A stretch of 64,000 bases of DNA from a virus. Location of the stretch: the IMG/VR virus record IMGVR_UViG_3300024261_000005; one strand, given 5' to 3'. The position numbers and the translations under genes are program-made. The notes below the pieces were generated by a model. That model searched no databases. It was not told the origin of the DNA and saw only the letters and a program-made list of their open reading frames with translations. Every line of letters begins with the position of its first letter. The stretch's first letter is position 1. Shown here piece by piece: positions 38,628 to 48,077 of the stretch.

Positions 38628-41555
38628 TTAAATGCCACTTGCAGGTGGCTCAAGAGTAAGGTCGATTTCAACAGCTTCAATAGACAATGGTGGAATAAAT
38701 CTTACAGACATTCTAATGATACCATTAATGCGATCCAAACGAGACCCTCTAAGCTGAACAGCAAGCTGCTGAGCGTAGCCACGTTGAACCAGACCCTTAG
38801 AGACGCCATCAAGTCTTTGCGCAAGGCTTCCAATCTCAGCATCAGTGTAGGCACTGCCAATAACGCTTAAGCATTCTTGTCGAAGTCGACTAAGTATACC
38901 ATTAGCAGCGAGTATCGATGATATTTTAGTATAATCAGAAGTTCTAAGTGCTGCTGTGTATATAGAAGAGATGACGCCAGTTTGGTCAATCATACAAATG
39001 CGCAAAGCTGCAAGGTTGTTCAGTATCGCTCTTGGAGTTCGCTGCTGTGCATTGAAGCCCTGCAGTCTTCCACGAATTGGTCCAATTGGCTCAGTTCCAG
39101 GCTCTTGAATTGCAAGTATACCAGCAATCATTGGAGCAGCGCTGCCAAGATATGCATTTTGATTTTGCATTCGAATCTTCTTGTTATTCGCAGGGAACGA
39201 AAACTTCGGATCGTTAAGCAATCCATAAGCCCCAACAACAACCGCATGCTTGCCTAAGTCAATGGGGTTACCCATCGCATCAAGCGCCTCGTCTGTGTCG
39301 TCGATACCGTAAGGCGTTTCATTTGGCAGTAAAGCTCCATTAGTTAAGATAACTCCACCAAACGCAGCCCCACCACGATAAGTGGTTGAGCCAGCAAGCA
39401 ACTTAGTACCTAGGACACCTGTGCCGTTTGCAGTTACAATTACATCTCCATTAGTTTGGATCTGATACTCTGCAGGGTTTCCCGCCCAAGCAGAGACTCC
39501 ATTTCGACTCCTCGAAGGAGCAGTCGTCGGTACAATCGCAACAGTCTGAGAGTAGTTGGTTGAAGCGAGATACGCTGCACTAGCAGCTTGATGCAAGAAG
39601 GAGATCTCTCTCACCTCTACATTAGCAGCAATCAGAGAGATGCCACTAACCGTTTCTACAGTTCCATCAGCAGCATAGACTGGATCTGTAAAAGTAAACA
39701 GTCTACTCATCGCTGCTTCAGGAATTAGATTTCCTGTAAGCTCAAAATGATTCATAAAGAAGGGGTCTAGAGGAAATTCTCTAGAACTACTCAGTTCTGA
39801 ATTTAACAAGAAAGTGCTAAGTTGGGCACTTCCATTAGTCAACGATGGACGCAATCGCAATACATACTCATCATCACCAGAATCAAACTTTTGTGTACCA
39901 AATGTTAATTTAGCAAATGGTGTCTGTACTTCAATTACTGCTTGGTGACTAGCAGCTTTATAAGCATCATACTCTGCAGAGCTTTGACCTTCAGCATTTA
40001 CTTCAATCCATGCAGCACCAATATAAGCAATATGGTCTTGTTCATTTAAAAAAGTGCGGTCATCAAAACCGTCACCTGCACCTGCGTTTTCATTATTGTC
40101 ACTAAATACGCCAAAAGCGTCAGCTTTTAAAGTATCGTATTGAGCTTGGGTAAATCCAATAGCATCTACGCCACTTCCTGCAAAAGCGCCTAGTGCTTCG
40201 AATTCAGCTTCATTGCGGCCTTTTGCATCAACTTCAGCAGGCATGTCAGCATCAAAATCAACATGACACTCGACCAGGCCTTTGCTAGTGAAGAATGACT
40301 CCACTTCAGTAGGGGTACCTGGAGCTCCAGGATGTAAATGGAATTCAACCAAATTTAATGCGTCACCAAGAAGCTCTTGAGTTGCGTCTAGCTCATATTG
40401 AATACCATCATAGGTGTAATCGTTGCGCACATTGCTGTTATCAAAGGGGTTTTTACGAGCGGACATGAAGATGTTTGGACGACCATTAAAGACGTATTTC
40501 CACATATATCCAAGATTATGTTTCTGCCAAGATAGCTGCTTTTTAAAATCCATCCCGGCGTCGATTTCTACTGGTTGAGCATCCGCATAGCACCTGTCAC
40601 AGTGCAAGAATGAGATATTTTCAAATTCTAACTCTTCGTACGCCACTTCATTGGCTGCATATCTCTCACAACTAGAAATGAAATCGCCAGCGCTACCTGT
40701 AGTAGAATGGAAAGAGATCTCGCTTCCAACGTTTGCCACATTATATTCTGATAATGTTTGATCAGTTAAATCAAATTCATCGACAATTTTGATTTCTGTT
40801 TTCCAGCCGTCAGCAATAATAGCTCCACCTGTTGCACTGTCGCCACTTAACCGGAGGGAAGTGGCTGTTCTATACGCGCTTCTAATGTCTGCAAGATCGT
40901 AGATGTTTTCTAAAGTTACAGTGCTCAAAGCTGACGAATCAAAGCTGTTAGGAGTCCACAAGAACATTCCTGCAGGAATGTTAATATCGACATCAAAAAG
41001 TGACTCTGCAATCTGATCAGCAATGATCCCTTCACTGTCATATACGGGACGAGCAGTTTCGTTATTGTAAATTACAACTCTTTGTCGAATCAAAGATCCC
41101 TCACGGAATGGTTGAAGCAGAACTGAAAGTTGATTAACTGTACTCTGAAGCTCAGCGGCACTGTCCTCCTCCCTCGTTGCATAAGGAGTTATGGTGAGCC
41201 AAGCCTCCTTTTCATGCAGTCCGTTGGTTGCCTTCTCTATAGCGAAATGAAAAGGCTTTGCACCAATACGCATAATACTTACAGGGACTGTTTCGTTTGC
41301 AACTTGTTGCGCTGCTGCGATCATTCTGGTTACGTCTGAATCAGAACCAAACTCTTGAGCAAACCTTTGGACTGAAGCAAGGCTAGCGCTTGTTCGAAAT
41401 GGCTGGTTCTCTAGGCCTTGTTTGCCAGTGGCCGTCATTAACAGCCCAGGACCAGCAGGAGCAGCAACACTTTCGTTACGTCTCATGTTGTTATCATTGT
41501 AGGTGGCTGTAATCTCACCTGCAATGTTTGTATACTTTAAATTCTGGTACGACAT
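38628..41555 (-). CDS. Contractile tail sheath protein
   Basis: 975 aa. Sheath-like C-terminus (SDYTKISSILAANGIL...SVIG...GIIRMSVRFIPPLSIEAVEIDLTL) and N-terminus (LLMTATGKQGLENQPF...FG). Located upstream of the tube. Confidence 0.85.
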   Translation of the reverse strand: MSYQNLKYTNIAGEITATYNDNNMRRNESVAAPAGPGLLMTATGKQGLENQPFRTSASLASVQRFAQEFGSDSDVTRMIAAAQQVANETVPVSIMRIGAKPFHFAIEKATNGLHEKEAWLTITPYATREEDSAAELQSTVNQLSVLLQPFREGSLIRQRVVIYNNETARPVYDSEGIIADQIAESLFDVDINIPAGMFLWTPNSFDSSALSTVTLENIYDLADIRSAYRTATSLRLSGDSATGGAIIADGWKTEIKIVDEFDLTDQTLSEYNVANVGSEISFHSTTGSAGDFISSCERYAANEVAYEELEFENISFLHCDRCYADAQPVEIDAGMDFKKQLSWQKHNLGYMWKYVFNGRPNIFMSARKNPFDNSNVRNDYTYDGIQYELDATQELLGDALNLVEFHLHPGAPGTPTEVESFFTSKGLVECHVDFDADMPAEVDAKGRNEAEFEALGAFAGSGVDAIGFTQAQYDTLKADAFGVFSDNNENAGAGDGFDDRTFLNEQDHIAYIGAAWIEVNAEGQSSAEYDAYKAASHQAVIEVQTPFAKLTFGTQKFDSGDDEYVLRLRPSLTNGSAQLSTFLLNSELSSSREFPLDPFFMNHFELTGNLIPEAAMSRLFTFTDPVYAADGTVETVSGISLIAANVEVREISFLHQAASAAYLASTNYSQTVAIVPTTAPSRSRNGVSAWAGNPAEYQIQTNGDVIVTANGTGVLGTKLLAGSTTYRGGAAFGGVILTNGALLPNETPYGIDDTDEALDAMGNPIDLGKHAVVVGAYGLLNDPKFSFPANNKKIRMQNQNAYLGSAAPMIAGILAIQEPGTEPIGPIRGRLQGFNAQQRTPRAILNNLAALRICMIDQTGVISSIYTAALRTSDYTKISSILAANGILSRLRQECLSVIGSAYTDAEIGSLAQRLDGVSKGLVQRGYAQQLAVQLRGSRLDRINGIIRMSVRFIPPLSIEAVEIDLTLEPPASGI

Positions 41556-41563
41556 AATAACTC

Positions 41564-42295
41564 CTATGGGTTATGTGTGTTTTTAGGTAGGATTTTTAAA
41601 TCAATAAGTACTTGTCTGATGATTGAATAAGCTTTTGCATCAAATTCTCTGAACCTTAAGAAGAACCTAATTGGCCTAGAGAAAACTCTCTGCCCATTAA
41701 TGCTCATATAGTTGTCGGATAGTCTTTCTTTCCAGAAAAATCGTTCTGCACCTTTTAATTCAAAAACAAATGCTGAATTTATAAAAAGCTTTTCGAGCCA
41801 AATGGCTCTTTTGTTTGCTATCTTATTAGATGTTGCCCAGCAGTTAAATTCAATTACATGATCTACAGGTCTAGATTCTACTGTAATTATCTTGTTTGGC
41901 ATGTTCGGGCGAGCCTCTTGATGAGAGTATGTTGCTTTTCTGTGCGGCCTGTCAGTGCCTTTGGTATTCATCAGCCCAGGCTTCCTTTCAACTAGCTTGA
42001 AAGTTATTACTTCGTCACCGTAATTATCCATCGACTCTGGGGGGTACTCTTCCACTAGTTTTACCAACCTGCTAGCTTTAACACCTTCTCTTTCTTGAGA
42101 GTCTGCTAATAGCTTTTGAGCGATATCAAAAAATATATCTAATGTTAATGGCGCTGTATTCACCATAAACACTCTATCCAAATTTATATTATAGGGATTT
42201 GTAATGACAAACTCTTCAGGCGCAAGCATCTCAGTAGAAATGCGGCCAGCACTATCCACGACATTGATGAGTATTTGGTCATTATTTCGAGCCAT
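41564..42295 (-). CDS. Tail completion/terminator-like protein
   Basis: 243 aa before the sheath; DHVIEFNCWATSNKIANKRAIWLEKL fits a tail-terminator-type pattern. Confidence 0.55.
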   Translation of the reverse strand: MARNNDQILINVVDSAGRISTEMLAPEEFVITNPYNINLDRVFMVNTAPLTLDIFFDIAQKLLADSQEREGVKASRLVKLVEEYPPESMDNYGDEVITFKLVERKPGLMNTKGTDRPHRKATYSHQEARPNMPNKIITVESRPVDHVIEFNCWATSNKIANKRAIWLEKLFINSAFVFELKGAERFFWKERLSDNYMSINGQRVFSRPIRFFLRFREFDAKAYSIIRQVLIDLKILPKNTHNP

Positions 42296-42846
42296 TAGAT
42301 ATTCTCTCTTATGGAATTGTCTTCTCTGCAGTATACTGCGATGTATTCGACTCTTCCATTATCTGCACGGTATTTTTGAATAGTTTCTGGTTTGTAAATT
42401 GTTTCTCTTTTGTATGGTACTAACACGTTTCCTTCAATATCAAGAGACAACTCAATTATTTTATCTCTATAAGAGATTTTTTCGTCATATCTTAAATAAA
42501 AGATTTTGTAATCAGTTCGAATTTCTCCTGGATACACCCTTTTGATACGATTTCCCTTACCTCCATCAGCCCCAACCATCGCTGAATAACATCGACTAAA
42601 CTCTTCATCCCAAATGTACTTTTCACCTAAACAATATTTACATCGACTTTCTGAGTCGGGCTCGTCACTTAATTTTGATACGCAGGCACATTTGATCAAA
42701 GCACCATCATCAGATTTTCTTGCTTTACGCAATAGCACCAAATGGTTATGAGGCTTGCATCCTCCAATACCAAAGACAATATCATCAAATTCTTTTCGTA
42801 AGTCTATCTCGCAGGAGCTAGTTTTATTAAAACTTCTAATAGACAT
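42295..42846 (-). CDS. Neck / head-closure protein with Cys cluster
   Basis: 183 aa; CAC...CKYCLGEKYIW and YRADNGRVEY; lies in the neck module. Confidence 0.6.
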   Translation of the reverse strand: MSIRSFNKTSSCEIDLRKEFDDIVFGIGGCKPHNHLVLLRKARKSDDGALIKCACVSKLSDEPDSESRCKYCLGEKYIWDEEFSRCYSAMVGADGGKGNRIKRVYPGEIRTDYKIFYLRYDEKISYRDKIIELSLDIEGNVLVPYKRETIYKPETIQKYRADNGRVEYIAVYCREDNSIRENI

Positions 42847-42849
42847 AAT

Positions 42850-43905
42850 TTACCCTTTCTTATGTCTGTAATCCAACCCCCTAAAGGGGGTGAATCCATG
42901 CTTGTACTTAGTACCTCCAGGAACTCTATACTTTGAATTCTGTGTAGGCTGAACATAACCTTCGACCCAGGGGTCATGCCACTCCCTGGAGTTCTTATAT
43001 CCTTTTCTTGACCTACCTTTTTCAGCGTGCTGTGGCCCGAGTCCTTGCCCGTTGACAATGCAGCCACCAGCATTTACTACACGCCACCATTCGTCCCGCT
43101 CTGCTTTCAACTCTTTAATAAGATCGGCTAAGTCAAAATCTAGCGAATCTTTATTTTCAATTAATAAGTCACCTAATTGCTTCTTTTTACCATCGTTCCC
43201 ATATGTACCGATTGGCATCGAAAGTAATCTTAATCCAGCATCGTACATTACGAATCTAGTTCTAGCGAAATAATATCGTTCTGAAGTTGGCCTGACCCCA
43301 GTGATATTGTCTGCTTCCAACGAGGACCAATGTATTGATAGCGCAATCGTATCGTCAGTAACATTAGCGACCCAAGCACCCAGCTCCATTTTGAGCATCT
43401 CAACAGAAGCATAAAATGGGTTGTACTCAGTAGTAAAAAATAACTCTAAGGTTTTAGCTAAGGAATTTCCTTCGGTATCTTTCAACCCCTCTAAAGTTAT
43501 GAATACCAAACTATTAAAATCCAACCCGCATTTTGGTTGGGCTATCAGGCCTCCGCTAGTTACTTCAAACCCACCCTCAAAGGTGACGTTTTCTCCAAGC
43601 AGAGAAACGGTCCAGGAATCTTTCCAAACCCCACTTACTGTGGGGGTGTAATCAAAGTACCAATAGCCAGTATCAATCTTGGTAACTTGCAATCCGGGAT
43701 CAATAATATTTCCGCTAGGGTCTGTTAGCGTAACTGTAGCTCCAACAGGATCTACAGGTGCCCCATTCAAATCAGTAAAAAGCATTTTTAATTTAACTGC
43801 TTCATTAATTTGGATCGTGCTTCTATTACACTTTATCAAGACTTTCTTAACTGGGACTTTAATTGGAGTGCCACAATCATCATTACTAGTATTTGAACAA
43901 CTCAT
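42850..43905 (-). CDS. Head-tail adaptor-like protein with N-terminal Ig-like domain
   Basis: 351 aa. FTDLNGAPVDP...VTLTDPSG...TGYWYFDYTPTVSGVWKDSW is Ig-like. KQLGDLLIE is adaptor-like. Confidence 0.6.
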   Translation of the reverse strand: MSCSNTSNDDCGTPIKVPVKKVLIKCNRSTIQINEAVKLKMLFTDLNGAPVDPVGATVTLTDPSGNIIDPGLQVTKIDTGYWYFDYTPTVSGVWKDSWTVSLLGENVTFEGGFEVTSGGLIAQPKCGLDFNSLVFITLEGLKDTEGNSLAKTLELFFTTEYNPFYASVEMLKMELGAWVANVTDDTIALSIHWSSLEADNITGVRPTSERYYFARTRFVMYDAGLRLLSMPIGTYGNDGKKKQLGDLLIENKDSLDFDLADLIKELKAERDEWWRVVNAGGCIVNGQGLGPQHAEKGRSRKGYKNSREWHDPWVEGYVQPTQNSKYRVPGGTKYKHGFTPFRGLDYRHKKG

Positions 43906-43914
43906 GGGATTCTC

Positions 43915-45108
43915 CTAAAATTCTAAAGTAATTTTATTGTCAGAAACTGATATTATTTTATATATTTTTTCTGGCCTGCCAGATCTAGTAGACTTTGGGC
44001 CGTCAAAAATTCCGCTTACGGACTGAGACTCAATCTTTATATTTTCTTGAGTAGCTGTAGCTGCATCAATATTATTGTTAAATGTTAAAACTATTTTATT
44101 TAAATTCAAATCCACATTAATGTCCCCAGTCGAAGGCTGCATTGAAGCTAACTCTAGATACGCCCCCACTGCTTCATTCTGCTGGTTGGGTATCAGTAAG
44201 CCATCTGGAGCAATAGGGCTTGTTGACGTATACTCAGGATAGACAAAAATAGATTCTGTCCCAGTACTGAACGTTACTAAATTTGAGACACTCAGCAAAT
44301 CCTCTTTATTTGCTTCCACGATGAAGGCCTCGTTTAATAAATATTCGCCCCCAGTGAATTTTATTAATATACCACGATCAGTTATCCGCCATCTTTGAAC
44401 GCACCTGCTTAAGCGTGAATTGTAATTACTGGAAGCTGGTTGTGGTTCTGCCTCGTCGTCAAACCACCATTTAAATTTGGCCGCTGAACCACTGCCTGCT
44501 TCCACGATTTTTAAATTCAATGAAGCTGTAACTTCATTGTTTTTTGGCTCAAAGCTACCAGAAGACTTTATTCTCGCATCTCCTGTTTTAACTCCACCAA
44601 CCAGCGTATAAGCGTCGTAAACTGTTCTCTCTGAGACACAATTGCTTTGACTGTATGCTTGTATCTCTGCAGGGATGTTCGCAATGTTATTTAAACTCTC
44701 TCCGCAAATAAATAAATTATATTCTGTATTAATTCTAAGAGGCTGTTTTGGCGTTATGACCAGAACGGAGTATTTTGCTCCAACACTCTTTTCGTAAATC
44801 TCTTGGTCATCCTCTACTTTTAATTCCGCAAGGTTGTTAACTAAGTATGTCGAATACTCACAACTGACATAACCTTTGAACATCGGAGAGGTCAGAAAGA
44901 ACGGGTTAGTTCCATCAGACTGATTTAACCACAAGCCGTTATCTGGCCCAGAAGTTACATCGGAATCAGGACCATATATAATCACACTCTCTTTTGCAGT
45001 TTTTAAATCTATTGCCCTGTCGAATACTAAAACTATTTCCTGTCCAATAGGAAATTCTGCTTCAGAGTTCGTCGGGTAGCTTTCATCTGCTTTCAATACT
45101 ATCGCCAT
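43915..45108 (-). CDS. Ig-like (Big_5/SbsA-type) domain virion protein
   Basis: 397 aa. YPTNSEAEFPIGQEIVLVFDRAID and QPSTGDINVDLNLNKIVLTFNNNID are Big_5-type domain starts. VITPKQPLRINTEYNLFI is also typical. Confidence 0.7.
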   Translation of the reverse strand: MAIVLKADESYPTNSEAEFPIGQEIVLVFDRAIDLKTAKESVIIYGPDSDVTSGPDNGLWLNQSDGTNPFFLTSPMFKGYVSCEYSTYLVNNLAELKVEDDQEIYEKSVGAKYSVLVITPKQPLRINTEYNLFICGESLNNIANIPAEIQAYSQSNCVSERTVYDAYTLVGGVKTGDARIKSSGSFEPKNNEVTASLNLKIVEAGSGSAAKFKWWFDDEAEPQPASSNYNSRLSRCVQRWRITDRGILIKFTGGEYLLNEAFIVEANKEDLLSVSNLVTFSTGTESIFVYPEYTSTSPIAPDGLLIPNQQNEAVGAYLELASMQPSTGDINVDLNLNKIVLTFNNNIDAATATQENIKIESQSVSGIFDGPKSTRSGRPEKIYKIISVSDNKITLEF

Positions 45109-45266
45109 TGGGGGGCTCCTTTTAAAGACTGAGTTTATTATAGGTAACTTGTCTGCATTCAGCCACCTTATCGTTCTAGCTTTAAATTATACTCTTCTTT
45201 ATGTTCTAAATTAAAGCTTTCCATAATAATGGCCTTTAATTCTAAAAATTCGTCCCCCACAACGAC

Positions 45267-45296
45267 AAAAGGGGGAAGACTTACGTCTACTCCCCC
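45267..45296 (-). terminator. Rho-independent terminator after the major capsid gene
   Basis: Minus strand reads GGGGGA-GT-AGAC-GTAA-GTCT-TCCCCC-TTTT: a GC-rich stem, GNRA loop and U-tract about 40 nt after the capsid stop. Confidence 0.85.
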
Positions 45297-45334
45297 TCTC
45301 GTTACAAGTGCTTTTTACGTTAATGAACTATCTC

Positions 45335-46666
45335 TTAGAGATTAGCCTTTACGTCTGCTTCTGTTATGTCAGTAAGATCACCAACAGCAGCATTCACTGC
45401 ACCGTCATATTCGTTTGCAACACGCTTAACGTTCTTGAAAACGCCAACGCCTTGACCCTCATGTGCGACAGCAAAGCCGTAACGCTCACGGATCTTAACC
45501 TTGACAGTCTCAGTACCTTCATCGCGCCACTCGACAGTAGTAGCCTCTTCATCAACAAGATGGAAACCAACATTACCACTTGAAAGAAGGAAGATGTCAC
45601 CAGTCTCACTCTCAGGATCATAAGGACAAAGAGGTGAAACAATGATCTGGAATCCAAATGGGAAGTACGAAGGTATTTTTGGAGCAGAGGTAGCGTTCTG
45701 GCTTCTTCCTTCAACGGAAGTAGCAGCGCCACCAGTTCCAACACCTGAAGTACCAATTCCACGAGGATTCACAGTACGAACACCACGAGAAGGTCCACGA
45801 CCACCTAGTGCGCCGTTGCTCCAAGGATCTTGACTTCCTGGATCACCAGTGTACATATTGAAGATAGAGCCTCCACCATGTGCAAGCATCATGGTCTTGA
45901 GGACAGGATCCTGCAAGAAGGTGTAGTAAAATAATGGATGCATAAGTAGAGTGTCAGGGCTGAAGCCTTCCTCTGCCATATGAGCCATACCGCGCATCAG
46001 GTTCTCCATAGTCATAGAGCCGTTTGCCTTCAATGCTGCGCCAGTTACCCCACGGCCACTACATACACCGTAAAGTGAACTAGAAGGTTGAAGGTTATCA
46101 AAGAGTGCGGTTCCAAGTTGCTTAAGGAAAGCGACAGCTTTTTGCTCCTTATGGCGAACCATTGCGTTACCCATGAGCTCAAGGTTTTTAGCCATGATAT
46201 CAAAAGTACTATAACGAAGTGCCTCATCGGTGAAAGAAGCAGCGATACCACTCTTGCCGATGTAAGCTGTTGAAACAGCGCCACCCATTTGGAAGTTAAC
46301 CTCAGGATAGGTGCCTGACTCCTGTACGTCGGAAGCATAAACTGCACCCATAGCTCCAGTAAGAATTTGAGTATTCAAACCTTTTGCTTGTACACGACTA
46401 AATAGTGGAGTGATAACCATACGAGGCTCTACGGGCTCACGAATGAGAATCTCCATAGATTGTTGAAGGAGAGGTGCGATTTCAGAAGATGAAATTGCGT
46501 CACGGTTCTTAGGAGAGATTACATTAACAAACTCGTTCCAAGTTACCGTCTCTTCCGTATCAGGAAGAGCGCCTCTGTTAGAAATCATATCTGCTACATA
46601 ACGTGCAGCAGCCTTTTTATTGTTAGGAAGCTCTAAGCGCGTTCCGTCGGTCATTTTAAATGCCAT
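45335..46666 (-). CDS. Major capsid protein (HK97-fold)
   Basis: 443 aa after the protease and decoration genes. Motifs DVQESGTYPE, KSGIAASFTDE, GFSPDTLLMHPL and KVKIRERYGFAV. Followed by a terminator. Confidence 0.9.
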   Translation of the reverse strand: MAFKMTDGTRLELPNNKKAAARYVADMISNRGALPDTEETVTWNEFVNVISPKNRDAISSSEIAPLLQQSMEILIREPVEPRMVITPLFSRVQAKGLNTQILTGAMGAVYASDVQESGTYPEVNFQMGGAVSTAYIGKSGIAASFTDEALRYSTFDIMAKNLELMGNAMVRHKEQKAVAFLKQLGTALFDNLQPSSSLYGVCSGRGVTGAALKANGSMTMENLMRGMAHMAEEGFSPDTLLMHPLFYYTFLQDPVLKTMMLAHGGGSIFNMYTGDPGSQDPWSNGALGGRGPSRGVRTVNPRGIGTSGVGTGGAATSVEGRSQNATSAPKIPSYFPFGFQIIVSPLCPYDPESETGDIFLLSSGNVGFHLVDEEATTVEWRDEGTETVKVKIRERYGFAVAHEGQGVGVFKNVKRVANEYDGAVNAAVGDLTDITEADVKANL

Positions 46667-46692
46667 GATAAGTTCCCTTTATTTTAATGTAA

Positions 46693-48048
46693 TTATTGAA
46701 TCTTGACGTTGATGATAGCAATTTCATCAGCAACGGTTTCATCAGAAAGAGTGATGAGGTCGCTGAATCCCTTAGTTGCAGAACCAGGCATTTGCGCATC
46801 AGCTTTAAACTCAGAACCGTTCCAACCAGTACGAACACGCTCAAGAAGACCACGAGGCTCTTTCTGGAATGCGAATACGCGACCGATAGTCCACTCATGC
46901 TGGTCGCGGAGACTTGCAAGCGCAGCCTCTACTTCAACAGCAGTACCGGCTCCAGCCGCAGCAAAAGTAACATTTTCAGCAGTAGTCATATCACGAACGA
47001 CGAAGTTACTATTCACATCAAAGACAACAAAATCACCTGGCTTAGCTTCGCCAACAAGATGCATCATCTTCTCATTAACAGATACGGTTGCAGTATAATC
47101 GAAAGCAGTCAAGGCTGTAAGTGCAGCTGCGTTTGCATCAACGGGAACATTAGCAGCCCCAGCAGTCAAGAAGAAGAAAATCCGACCAGCATCTGCATCG
47201 AGATACCAATCGCCTGCTCTTGCTAGCAAACTGATATCATTGCGCTCACGACCAGACCATGCAGCGTTAGCACCAGTCTCCAACAAAACAGGAGTACGAC
47301 TAGTATTTCCTGCGAGCTTTGAAGTCCAATCATAAGCCATGACGTCAGTCAGGTCTAAATGACTGTAACGAGTCAACAATTTGAGTGACGCTCCTGTAAC
47401 CTTTGTGCCATTGTTGAATACATTAGAAGCAGCTGGCTCGCACACATGAGCAACACGCATTTGAATATCAGTAAAGAACTGAATCAAGTGTTGCTTCTGG
47501 TAGTTAGTAAAGTGAAGATTAGCAGCATCATCACCAGCCCATACATATACATCATAAGCTGCAATACCTACAGGTGCTGAAATAAACTGTCGACCAACTG
47601 CTTGACACTTGGCGTCAGAATCTGGAGCGTTATTAGCAGCATCAATAACCCAGCCTTGATCGAGTACTGCTTGGCAGAAAGCCTGCGACTCTACATTGCC
47701 AATATCAGCCAACAACAAGGGGTTTCCAGTTCGGATATCAATGACTTTTGCATCAACGTCACTGGCATCATAAGTGATGATGACGGCATTTTTTGCTCCA
47801 TCTGCAAGTCTCTTTAAAAGGCCAGCGGGGACAACACGACCAGATGCATCAAAAGATACAACCTTGCCTGAAGAGATGACGAAGAAGTCTTTTGACGCTT
47901 CGTTTTGCCAAATAGTTGGCAACCATGCTGCAGGCTTCCATTCACCTGCGGGGACTGACGCATTCATTTGAACGGTATTATTCGGAGTGATGTTGTCCAT
48001 CATATCCGTTCTGGTTTTAAACGTACTTTGGAATCGACTAATAGCCAT
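46693..48048 (-). CDS. Capsid decoration/cement protein
   Basis: 451 aa, Ala-rich, between protease and capsid genes, with a strong AGGAG RBS. Motifs VISSGKVVS, PVGIAAYDVY and KPGDFVVFDVNSNF. Confidence 0.65.
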   Translation of the reverse strand: MAISRFQSTFKTRTDMMDNITPNNTVQMNASVPAGEWKPAAWLPTIWQNEASKDFFVISSGKVVSFDASGRVVPAGLLKRLADGAKNAVIITYDASDVDAKVIDIRTGNPLLLADIGNVESQAFCQAVLDQGWVIDAANNAPDSDAKCQAVGRQFISAPVGIAAYDVYVWAGDDAANLHFTNYQKQHLIQFFTDIQMRVAHVCEPAASNVFNNGTKVTGASLKLLTRYSHLDLTDVMAYDWTSKLAGNTSRTPVLLETGANAAWSGRERNDISLLARAGDWYLDADAGRIFFFLTAGAANVPVDANAAALTALTAFDYTATVSVNEKMMHLVGEAKPGDFVVFDVNSNFVVRDMTTAENVTFAAAGAGTAVEVEAALASLRDQHEWTIGRVFAFQKEPRGLLERVRTGWNGSEFKADAQMPGSATKGFSDLITLSDETVADEIAIINVKIQ

Positions 48049-48077
48049 AATTATTCTCCTATAGTTTTAATGTTTTA

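Noticed and set aside
42876-42891. ACCCCC-TAAA-GGGGGT hairpin as a terminator
   Set aside because: It lies inside a coding sequence, has only a 6-bp stem and lacks a convincing U-tract.
45168-45260. 30-codon GTG-started ORF after the capsid terminator
   Set aside because: Very short, no RBS, starts immediately after the terminator U-tract; unsupported.
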